DNA of 64,000 nt, from NCBI GenBank assembly GCA_050946535.1, contig JBMNUZ010000011.1, positions 2,262 to 66,261 of the forward strand, in the 5' to 3' direction. A program made the translations under genes and the position numbers. The stretch is from Anaerovoracaceae bacterium (lineage in GTDB: Bacteria; Bacillota; Clostridia; Peptostreptococcales; Anaerovoracaceae). Positions 1-8,013 of the stretch are shown here, in pieces. The number at the start of each line of letters is the position of its first letter. Position 1 is the stretch's first letter. Under the pieces are notes generated by a model. It worked only from the letters and a program-made list of their open reading frames with translations, was not told the DNA's origin and searched no databases.

Positions 1-7
1 ATATCGT

Positions 8-52
8 CCTGGCAGACTATTTAATAAAGTCTGTCAGGATTTTTCTTTCTTT
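8..52 (+). terminator. Rho-independent terminator for a + strand gene ending left of the window
   Basis: Stem CCTGGCAGACT (8-18) pairs with AGTCTGTCAGG (28-38) with one G-U pair and a 9-nt loop, followed by ATTTTTCTTTCTTTC. Confidence 0.6.
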
Positions 53-90
53 CGAAATACATCAGACCGGCACTCGCCGACGCGGTGCCG

Positions 91-150
91 CCTTTTCTAA
101 CGTATCCGGCTCGCCGGCTTGTCACCGTCCTTTCTAACGTATCTGGCTCG
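91..150. repeat. Direct repeat CCTTT(T)CTAACGTATC(C/T)GGCTCG, two copies 38 nt apart
   Basis: Copies at 91-113 and 129-150 differ by one indel and one substitution. They lie in a ~160-nt ORF-free tract between convergent terminators. Confidence 0.8.
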
Positions 151-221
151 ACGGCGTGACGCCGCCCTTTCCCCCTGATTGAGAAGGGGCGATCCTGTCT
201 CATCGCTTCTGCTGTTTATCC

Positions 222-258
222 AAAAAATACAAAAGACCCGGCTTTGTAAAAGCCGGGC
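222..258 (-). terminator. rplS terminator
   Basis: Stem CCCGGCTTT (237-245) / AAAGCCGGG (249-257) sits about 15 nt past the rplS stop. The - strand continues CTTTTGTATTTTTT. Confidence 0.75.
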
Positions 259-272
259 CTGCCGAGATAATA

Positions 273-620
273 CTATCTTGATTCCTTTGATCTGATCTTA
301 GCCGATTTGCCGGTTCTCTCTCTCATGTAATTGAGCTTCGCTCTTCTTACATTGCCGCGTCTTACGACTTCGATATGGTCGATCATAGGTGAATGGAGAG
401 GGAAAGTCTTCTCTACGCCTACGCCTGAAGCGATTCTTCTTACCGTAAACGTTCTTGAAAGACCGCCGTTCTGCATCTTCAGAACGAAACCTTCGAACAT
501 CTGAAGTCTTTCTCTGTTTCCTTCCTTGATCTTGATGTAAACCCTGAGTGTGTCGCCGACACCGAACTCAGGCAGATCATCTCTCTTATAATCCTGTTCG
601 ATTGCACTGATGATATCCAT
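273..620 (-). CDS. rplS: 50S ribosomal protein L19
   Basis: 115-aa ORF with L19-typical stretches [23 protein letters not shown] and [25 protein letters not shown] lies upstream of the ATG. Confidence 0.97.
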   Translation of the reverse strand: MDIISAIEQDYKRDDLPEFGVGDTLRVYIKIKEGNRERLQMFEGFVLKMQNGGLSRTFTVRRIASGVGVEKTFPLHSPMIDHIEVVRRGNVRRAKLNYMRERTGKSAKIRSKESR

Positions 621-725
621 AATATTATCCTCTCTATGATGACGTTCTTAACATGAACAGGGAACCTTATTCTCCTGCGCGCGCCTCTTGCGCGCCATGA
701 CAGCGGACCGTCCGTAACAGCAGAC

Positions 726-754
726 ATTATATCATCGTTTCACGCGCTGTGCAA
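726..754 (-). promoter_or_regulatory. Sigma-A-type promoter of rplS
   Basis: On the - strand: TTGCAC (749-754), 17-nt spacer, TATAAT (726-731). This leaves a ~100-nt GC-hairpin-containing leader before the rplS ATG. Confidence 0.6.
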
Positions 755-782
755 TAACTTTTTACATTAAATTACGCTCTGA

Positions 783-1694
783 TTACGCTCTTGGATGAGT
801 GTTGTCGTAAACCTCTTTTATCCTGCTCTTGGATACGCCGATATAAGCCTGAAGCGTAGCGGAATCCTCGAATCCCATGAGTTCTTTCATCGCCTTCAGA
901 TCGGCTCCGTTCTGGATCATGTGTACAGCGAACGAATTGCGCAGCATCTGCGGAGTCAGCTTCTTGCCGAGTCCGGATTTTTCTGCGTAAGTACTCACGA
1001 TTTTCCAGAGTCCCTGTCTGGTCAGACGTTCGCCGTGATAATTCAGGAACAAGTAGTCAGCGGAATCTTTTTTCTGTCTGTCTCTGCCTGCAGACGCAAG
1101 AAGCTTCGGCCTCGATTTGTTGACGTACGCTTCGAGTGCCTCCCTGCACATGTGCCCCATCGGAATTATTCTGGCCTTTCCGAAATCGCCCCTGCAGGTC
1201 ACGTATCCGATGGTCAGGTTTACCTCGCTCAGAAGCATTCCGGTGAGCTCCGTCACTCTTATTCCGGTACCGTAGAGCACTTCGAGGATCGCTCTGTCCC
1301 TGATTCCCTTGACGGATGAATCCGGTGAATTGAGAAGATTCTCGACCTCGTCGACCGAAAGATAGTCGATTTTCTTCTTCTCGGTGTGATAAGGCTTTAC
1401 GCCCGCTGCAGGATTCTCAGATTTGATCACTCCTCTGTCGCACAAAAACGTTATGTATGATCTCACGGCGGAAGTCTTGCGGCTCATCGTGGACTGGGAG
1501 CGTCCTTCTTCTCTGAGCTCCTCAAGATATGATTTTATGTCAGCTTTGGTAGTGTCGGCAGTATCTTCTACCCCTTCCTTTTCAAGATGACGCTCGAACT
1601 CCCTTACATCGCGTCTGTAAGCATCGAGGGTGTTCTTCGACATTCCGCGGTCATCTTTCAGGTATCTCAGATATTGTTCAGAATAGCTTTTCAT
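783..1694 (-). CDS. XerC/XerD-family tyrosine recombinase with non-canonical box II residues
   Basis: N-terminal SAM-like core-binding region (NTLDAYRRDVREF). Box I is LYGTGIRVTEL. Box II is TPQMLRNSFAVHM...ELMGFEDSATLQAYIGV. Start moved to the ATG at 1694, which is preceded by GGAGGA. Confidence 0.9.
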   Translation of the reverse strand: MKSYSEQYLRYLKDDRGMSKNTLDAYRRDVREFERHLEKEGVEDTADTTKADIKSYLEELREEGRSQSTMSRKTSAVRSYITFLCDRGVIKSENPAAGVKPYHTEKKKIDYLSVDEVENLLNSPDSSVKGIRDRAILEVLYGTGIRVTELTGMLLSEVNLTIGYVTCRGDFGKARIIPMGHMCREALEAYVNKSRPKLLASAGRDRQKKDSADYLFLNYHGERLTRQGLWKIVSTYAEKSGLGKKLTPQMLRNSFAVHMIQNGADLKAMKELMGFEDSATLQAYIGVSKSRIKEVYDNTHPRA

Positions 1695-1784
1695 TTTTCC
1701 TCCAAAATCATAATAACTGTAAAATAGTATACCATAATTTTCGAGCAAAACTACAATTGGTTTTATGCTTAATCATACTAAACA

Positions 1785-3617
1785 CTACATCAGCTCATCC
1801 AGTCCGTAGAGTGCTGCACCTACCGCTCCCACGATCTCCGGATCTTCACATATGTAAAGCTTTGCTCCGAGTTTCTCTTCGACCGCTTTGACCGCACCCG
1901 GATTCTGGGCGACGCCGCCTGTCATCATGAACTCCGGTTCCAGACCTACTCTTTTCATAAGTCCCGTCGCCCTGTTCGCAATCGATTTGTGAATGCCATG
2001 CGCTATGTCCGCTTTGTTTTTGTTGTCAGCTATCAGGGAAATGACTTCTGACTCGGCGAAAACCGTACACATGCTTGAAATATCTATATCGTCCTTCCAC
2101 TGAAGCGATACAGGGCCGAGTTCGTCGATTCCGACGCCCAGCGTCGCAGCCATGGCTTCGAGGAAACGCCCTGTCCCTGCGGCGCATTTGTCGTTCATCG
2201 CGAAATCGAGTACGTCGCCTCTCTCGTTGATCCTGATCGCCTTGCTGTCCTGGCCTCCGATGTCGAGAATCGTCCTCACACGCGGATTGAAGTAGTTTGC
2301 TCCTCTGCCGTGACAGCTGATCTCGGTGATCTCGCGGTTCGCGAATTCGAGATTAACTCTGCCGTAGCCGGTCGAAACGATCATGTCTTCGCTGCCCTTG
2401 CCTATTCCGGCTTTCTTCAACACGCTTTCATATGCCTCGAGCGCGCTGTCATAGCTCCTGGATCCTGTTCTGATGACTACGCTCGAAAGTATCTTTTTAT
2501 TCTCGTCCATCACGACGGCGTTCGTCGTGGTCGAGCCGCTGTCTATTCCTACCACACGCAGAGGGCCCGCGCCCTTTGAGGATGAATTCCCCGCGGTCCC
2601 GCCTGTTCTGCCTGTGGTCTCTTTCCCATCAGTATTTTTCTTTTTCTTTGAAAATCCGAACATATCTTCTGTCTTCCCTCTGTCGGCGCCCGCCTCCGCG
2701 GAGTCTGCCGTATCAATATTTTTTTCCTTCTTAATCGTCTCGGGCTGCATGTTTTTCGACGCGGCGAGAGACTCGAAAAACGCCTCGAGCCTCGTCCTGA
2801 TCTGGCCGGCCGACTGATCCGTCCCGTCCGTTTCAATCTTCAGTATCGGCAGATCTTTTCTGCTGTTTAAGTACGCGTATTCATACGAATACATGTCGCA
2901 GAACTTCATCGTGTTGTACAGAATTCCGTCGGCTTTGTGGACGTCGGCTTTGTACTGCGAAAGCCTGCGCGAAATATCGATCATGCGCATGCACTGAAGC
3001 TGCGTGAGCAGCGCCCTGGCGTATCCTTCGAATATGTCTTCGCTGTCAGCGACACCGTAGCGGCGCTCTATCTGGCTGCACGTCATGTCATCGACGATAT
3101 TGACGTTGTATTCGCCGAGCATGTCCCGCATGCTTTCTCCGAGCCTTGCGCCCATCACGGCGATATTTATTCTGCCGCTTTCCGGCTCATTCTTCTTTTC
3201 TTCTGCCTCTACCGACCGCCGGAGTCTTTCCCTGAGATCCTTCTCGTCGAATTCACTTCCCGAAGCCGCAGAGTACGCTTCTTCCAGTTTCCTGATATTT
3301 TCTGCGAAAAGTCTGACCGATTCGGCCGACACCTTGCGCGGGACATCGAGCATATAGACGAATTTGTCAGGATAATCCTCCCCGATGCGGTCGTGAAGGC
3401 GTCTCGTGCTGTCGCAGCAGTTCGTCAGGACTATTCCGTCGTAGTCTCCGTCTTCGAAATCGACGAGCGCCGATTTTATGAACGAGCACATGTTCGGATG
3501 CATGGCAGCATCGGCGCGGCTCAGATCCGTCACCCGCGGAGCCATCATGACCATCTCGGCACCCATAGACTCCAGCAGCTCCACCGGCACGTATTTGCAA
3601 AGATAACCCAGTTTCAT
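1785..3617 (-). CDS. 2-hydroxyacyl-CoA dehydratase small-subunit-like domain fused to a BcrAD/BadFG-type ATP-dependent activase
   Basis: aa 1-287 are HgdB/FldC-like (TNCCDS, KFCDMY). aa 288-352 form a K/T/G-rich linker. aa 353-610 are the activase (VGIDSGSTTTN, ILDIGGQDSK, NDKCAAGTGRFLE, SSMCTVFAESEV). AGGAGGAG RBS; ATGA overlap with the upstream gene. Confidence 0.88.
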   Translation of the reverse strand: MKLGYLCKYVPVELLESMGAEMVMMAPRVTDLSRADAAMHPNMCSFIKSALVDFEDGDYDGIVLTNCCDSTRRLHDRIGEDYPDKFVYMLDVPRKVSAESVRLFAENIRKLEEAYSAASGSEFDEKDLRERLRRSVEAEEKKNEPESGRINIAVMGARLGESMRDMLGEYNVNIVDDMTCSQIERRYGVADSEDIFEGYARALLTQLQCMRMIDISRRLSQYKADVHKADGILYNTMKFCDMYSYEYAYLNSRKDLPILKIETDGTDQSAGQIRTRLEAFFESLAASKNMQPETIKKEKNIDTADSAEAGADRGKTEDMFGFSKKKKNTDGKETTGRTGGTAGNSSSKGAGPLRVVGIDSGSTTTNAVVMDENKKILSSVVIRTGSRSYDSALEAYESVLKKAGIGKGSEDMIVSTGYGRVNLEFANREITEISCHGRGANYFNPRVRTILDIGGQDSKAIRINERGDVLDFAMNDKCAAGTGRFLEAMAATLGVGIDELGPVSLQWKDDIDISSMCTVFAESEVISLIADNKNKADIAHGIHKSIANRATGLMKRVGLEPEFMMTGGVAQNPGAVKAVEEKLGAKLYICEDPEIVGAVGAALYGLDELM

Positions 3618-4885
3618 GCTCTCCTCCTGTTCCCGAGCATTTCGATGAATGCCTCCGTGCGCGTTCTGATCTGGCCTTCATGGCTGTTTCTTCTGTCGAT
3701 TGCGTCGCCGTCTAAAATGAGCAGAGGAATGCCTCTTTCGGCAGCCGCTTTTTTGATCTGCATAACGCCTCCCGCAGACTGCTTGCATCCCCAGTGGCAG
3801 TAATGGATGACGCCGTCCGGCCTGTATTCATCCATCAGGCCGCCTATGAATTCGACCTTGCGGCTGAAGTCGCCGTTGTAGCGGCTTTCTATCATCTTTC
3901 TCGCTATCGCCTCGAACGGATGCTCCTCGTCCATTTCATCCATGTAATCCATGTTGAAATCAAAGACCTGGATATTGTTTTCGTATGAAAGGTTGAATAT
4001 CTCCTTCAGAACATCGTCGTAGAACGGCTGCAGATGTATCCACATGATCCTGCTTCCTGTATAAGGTCCGTAGTTGTTCACGTCCTCCGCGAGAGCTTTG
4101 AAGAAGTCGAGGGTCTCCTGCGTCCCGATGTTGAGATGCGTTGCGAAAAGCATGCACTGGTTGAGAGTCAGCGTATTAGGATAACAAATCTCCTTGGTCG
4201 CCTCGAGGAACGTCTTGAAATACCGCTTGGATTCGTTCTCCCTGTGGATCGTCTCCCTGAGCTCGTTCAGATCGAGGTTTGCTCCGGTCGCATTTTCGAT
4301 GCCTGCAGTCATGTCGCGCAGCTGTCCTGCCAGGTATTTTTCTCCTTCAGGCGTCCAGTTATGCGGCACATCTAGAACGCTCAGCTCCACGTCTCTCATC
4401 ACGGAAGCCAGTCTGAAGCTGCTCAGATTGCCGTCGCAGACAGTCGTCGTCGTGACTGCGTACGCCGGCGTCGGCAGAACTCCCGAATACACCCCGCCCA
4501 TGAAATTCTTGTGATAAGAGCAGAGGGTAGAAGCTATGCCCTCCGTTTCGGCGCGGTCTATGAAATAGTCTTCTATGCCGAAGCCCGCGATAAAAGTCGC
4601 GAGAGCCTCAACCGACACTCCCTGCAGCCCGAAGCACTGGAAAATCTCGAACGGTCCGAATATGTTCGACCACACCGATTTCTCAGGTTTGCCCAGAGCT
4701 TTCAGCACACTGTCGACCGTCGACATGAAAAGAGTTTCATACGGCTGCGGCAGTCCTTTTGTTCCTATATGTTTTTCGGCAAAATTCTTGAGCTTGAGTC
4801 CCGCACGAATCAGATTCCTGGCTCTGTCAGGGCTGCTCTCGCTCTCTTTCTTTATCAGATCACCGTATTTCTTTATTAAATCCAT
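3614..4885 (-). CDS. 2-hydroxyacyl-CoA dehydratase large-subunit-like protein (HgdA/FldB/BcrC family)
   Basis: Cys motifs STLCSYHK, TTVCDGN and HYCHWGCKQSAGG. Start trimmed to MDLIKKYG (ATG at 4885). The N-terminal 34 aa of the ORF track run into the AT-rich promoter region. Confidence 0.88.
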   Translation of the reverse strand: MDLIKKYGDLIKKESESSPDRARNLIRAGLKLKNFAEKHIGTKGLPQPYETLFMSTVDSVLKALGKPEKSVWSNIFGPFEIFQCFGLQGVSVEALATFIAGFGIEDYFIDRAETEGIASTLCSYHKNFMGGVYSGVLPTPAYAVTTTTVCDGNLSSFRLASVMRDVELSVLDVPHNWTPEGEKYLAGQLRDMTAGIENATGANLDLNELRETIHRENESKRYFKTFLEATKEICYPNTLTLNQCMLFATHLNIGTQETLDFFKALAEDVNNYGPYTGSRIMWIHLQPFYDDVLKEIFNLSYENNIQVFDFNMDYMDEMDEEHPFEAIARKMIESRYNGDFSRKVEFIGGLMDEYRPDGVIHYCHWGCKQSAGGVMQIKKAAAERGIPLLILDGDAIDRRNSHEGQIRTRTEAFIEMLGNRRRA

Positions 4886-5279
4886 TGATCTTCCATCCCA
4901 AAAATTACTTTGATGATAAAACAATATACTGTATAATAACACAAAATCAATGAGCCGCAAACTATATAGTACTTTTACTGCAAGCATAACAGGAATTGAA
5001 CATTAACATACCAGTAATTGAACATATTAAAAAAATAGGATATTAAGAAAAATTAAATTTTCAGATAAGTAAAATTCAATATTTATTTAGCTATAGCTGA
5101 GCATTCTCATATTGTTTATATCGTAAACCTGTTATATAATATGTCATTATTAGTTCAATATTTATTTTCTGTGAAGAATGCGTTAAAAACGTGCGTTATC
5201 AGCTCTTTGCCAGCATGATAACTATCGGCCGGACCACGACCTGCAGCAGTTTTTTCAGAAAGTTAGGTACTACATATTT

Positions 5280-7892
5280 ATGAGTAAACGTTCAAGGAAA
5301 AGGCAGTATGTCAAATTCATCATACGGCTCAGAAAGATACTTCTTCTCGACAAGCCACCGATAAAAATAGGAAAACACGTAAAGCTTACATGGACCAGGC
5401 TCGTCATCGGCGCAGTATTCGCCGTGCTTGCGCTGGCTCTTGTTTTGTCACACACAGGACAGTATTTAAACAATGATGAACTCTCGACGCTCTACGGCGG
5501 CCTGATGTTCGGGGTTTCCATCGCTCTGGCGCTGCTGATAGGCGCCTCGATGGCGTTCACGATAGATCTGTCCGGCAAAGCGGCCAGACCCGTCAGCACG
5601 GTATTTTACCTGGCCACGCCTGTTATAATGGCATGCATGACAGAGGCGATGCAGGGAGTGAACATCTGGTCATGGTCGTTTCAGACACTGGTGCTCAACT
5701 ACATCTTGTTCTTCGTCATCATGTCTATTGTCGCTGTTTTCGCCGGCCGGTTCAGAGAACCTATAATCGCAGTCACGATCATCTCGTTCTGTCTGGCATA
5801 CGCCGCAGCGCTCGTAATGGAATTCAGAGGCACCCCGCTGATGCCTGCAGATCTTGTGACCATCAGCACCGGACTTGGCGTAGCGAACGGATATCACTAC
5901 CATTATACATACTACATGATATTCGGCATTCTGGTCGCATGGGAGATGCTCATACTCGGCTTCCGCATGCCTAAGGTCAGAATACGCAGGAAATTTCACA
6001 ACATCTTCCGTCTTGTCAGCCTCGCTCTCGTGATAGCGATAATCGTACCGTTCTACACTACATCGATCGCTGCAAACGCCGGAATAAAGCCGGATTTCTG
6101 GAACCAGGCGAGAGGCTACAAGCGGACAGGCACATGTTTCAACTTCGTACTTAACAGCAGATACCTGATAGTCAGCAAACCTGAGGGATACGACGCGTCT
6201 GAAATTTCGGGCTATATAAACGACGTCATAGCTGGCGACGAAAACGACCACGGCATACTCGCGTCGGCACAGGAAATGCAGGCCGAAAACGCTGCAGCCG
6301 AGGCAGCTTCCGATACGTCGGACACATCCTCGTCGTCGGACACTACTACCGATACAACGACAACTGACACCACAACTGATACTACGACGACCGACACTAC
6401 GACGACCGATACCACGACGACCGATACCACGACGACTGATACTGCGACGACCGATACTACGACGACCGATACCACGACGACCGATAATACGACGACCGAT
6501 ACCACGGATACTACAGATACCGGTACGACGGCAGCGGCTGCGCTGATAAACGGGCAGAATTCAACTACGGATACATCTGCAGACGGAAACACTTCCGCCC
6601 TGCCTAATACCGGCATCGATACCGGACTAGCCGTTCAGGGCACGTCCACTACCGATCAGCCGGAGACAAGCGCAAAACTCGAGGATGGTGAAGTCCCTAA
6701 TATAATCGTAATCATGAACGAAACGTTCGCAGACCTGAGAGTTCTCGGGCAGTTATCTACAAATAAAGACTACATGCCGTTTGTAAGGAACCTGACCAAA
6801 AATACGATCAAAGGCAATCTCTACATGCCTGTAAACGGAGCCGGAACCTCCAATTCGGAATTCGAATTCCTGACTGGCAATTCGATGGCGTTCCTGACCA
6901 GCGGAAGCAACGCGTACGAGCTTTACATCAAGAACAAACTCCCGTCTTTCGTGAGAACGCTTGCCAACCAGGGCTACTCGCGAACGGCTTATCACACTTA
7001 CTATAAGGAAAGCTGGAAGAGAAATTCGGTCTATCCTCTGCTCGGCTTCGAAAACTTCTACGCTCTGGAAGATATACTCGACACAGACACGGTAAATGCA
7101 TATAAAAACAATGAAATATCGTTCTTCGAGTACCAGCAGGAGATCGAGAGCCAGCATCCGGGCGAGAACGTCCTGCTGCGCCGTTTCGTCAGCGACCAGT
7201 ATGATTACAAGGTGCTCGAGCAGATGTACGAAGAAAGAAACAAGGACTATCCGTTCTTCATGTTCAACGTTACAATGCAGAACCACGGCGGATACGACCT
7301 TTCGTATTCCAACTTCACCCAGGAGATTCAGATTACGTCGACCGACAAGTTCTACCCGAAGGCCAACAGATATCTGTCGCTCATATACGAATCGGACAAG
7401 GCTTTTGAGGAGCTGGTAAACTACTTCAGCCAGTCGTCCGAGCCGACGATGATAGTCATGTTCGGAGACCACCAGCCAAGCATCGAGGATGAATTCATAG
7501 AATCGCTTCTCGGCAAAAGTCTGGATGACCTCACGGTCTCCGAAAATCAGAAACGCTACATCACTCCGTTCGTAATCTGGACTAACTACAATTCACAGAG
7601 CGGATATATAGACAAGATCAGCGTAAATTACCTGTCTACTCTGGTACTGCAGCAAGCAGGCCTCGCAACGACCGATTTCAATGACTACCTCTCGGCCCTT
7701 TACCGCAAGATGCCGGTAATAGACACGACAGGATACATCACATCGGACAACAAATACTACACTTACGACGATAATACGGAGTACACGGAACTTCTGAACC
7801 AGTACTCCAAGATCGAATACAATTACCTGTTCGATACGATCAACAAAGACATCGAACAATACTGCATCGACAGCAGCGATATGGACAAATAA
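5280..7892 (+). CDS. LTA synthase (LtaS)/sulfatase-family polytopic membrane protein with Thr/Asp-repeat linker
   Basis: About 290 aa of hydrophobic helices, then a T/D-rich linker, then a sulfatase-type domain (PNIIVIMNETFADLR, GTSNSEFEFLTGNS, MFGDHQPS). Confidence 0.88.
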   Translation: MSKRSRKRQYVKFIIRLRKILLLDKPPIKIGKHVKLTWTRLVIGAVFAVLALALVLSHTGQYLNNDELSTLYGGLMFGVSIALALLIGASMAFTIDLSGKAARPVSTVFYLATPVIMACMTEAMQGVNIWSWSFQTLVLNYILFFVIMSIVAVFAGRFREPIIAVTIISFCLAYAAALVMEFRGTPLMPADLVTISTGLGVANGYHYHYTYYMIFGILVAWEMLILGFRMPKVRIRRKFHNIFRLVSLALVIAIIVPFYTTSIAANAGIKPDFWNQARGYKRTGTCFNFVLNSRYLIVSKPEGYDASEISGYINDVIAGDENDHGILASAQEMQAENAAAEAASDTSDTSSSSDTTTDTTTTDTTTDTTTTDTTTTDTTTTDTTTTDTATTDTTTTDTTTTDNTTTDTTDTTDTGTTAAAALINGQNSTTDTSADGNTSALPNTGIDTGLAVQGTSTTDQPETSAKLEDGEVPNIIVIMNETFADLRVLGQLSTNKDYMPFVRNLTKNTIKGNLYMPVNGAGTSNSEFEFLTGNSMAFLTSGSNAYELYIKNKLPSFVRTLANQGYSRTAYHTYYKESWKRNSVYPLLGFENFYALEDILDTDTVNAYKNNEISFFEYQQEIESQHPGENVLLRRFVSDQYDYKVLEQMYEERNKDYPFFMFNVTMQNHGGYDLSYSNFTQEIQITSTDKFYPKANRYLSLIYESDKAFEELVNYFSQSSEPTMIVMFGDHQPSIEDEFIESLLGKSLDDLTVSENQKRYITPFVIWTNYNSQSGYIDKISVNYLSTLVLQQAGLATTDFNDYLSALYRKMPVIDTTGYITSDNKYYTYDDNTEYTELLNQYSKIEYNYLFDTINKDIEQYCIDSSDMDK
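6378..6497 (+). repeat. In-frame 15-nt tandem repeat, 8 units (GAYACYACGACGACC = D-T-T-T-T)
   Basis: Eight consecutive 15-mers with 0-3 substitutions each. Degenerate copies extend the T/D tract to about 6339-6530. Confidence 0.95.
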
Positions 7893-7916
7893 ATCCGATA
7901 CATACACTCAGGATAT

Positions 7917-7960
7917 AAAAAGGGATGGCTTCTGCCAGAGGCAGAAGCCATCCCTTTTTT
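7917..7960. terminator. Bidirectional terminator shared by the LtaS-like gene and the convergent hypothetical gene
   Basis: Perfect 15-bp stem GGGATGGCTTCTGCC (7922-7936) / GGCAGAAGCCATCCC (7940-7954), flanked by AAAAA on the left and TTTTTT on the right. Confidence 0.85.
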
Positions 7961-8013
7961 CGTGCAGCCGGCACCTGACATGCCGTCCTCCGTTCATCTG
8001 ACACGCCGCAACA

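Noticed and set aside
21-203. Small intergenic ORFs from the track (21-203, 43327-43518, 43767-43973, 50820-51286, 34753-34953, 56649-56867).
   Set aside because: They have no RBS, span terminator hairpins or promoters, have odd composition, and several start with non-ATG codons. They are treated as non-coding.
6212-6616. The periodic 15-nt repeat looked array-like (CRISPR or other), and a 134-aa VVVS-repeat ORF lies on the - strand.
   Set aside because: The units are contiguous with no spacers and are in frame with the LtaS-like CDS. There are no cas genes. The antisense ORF is a by-product of the repeat.
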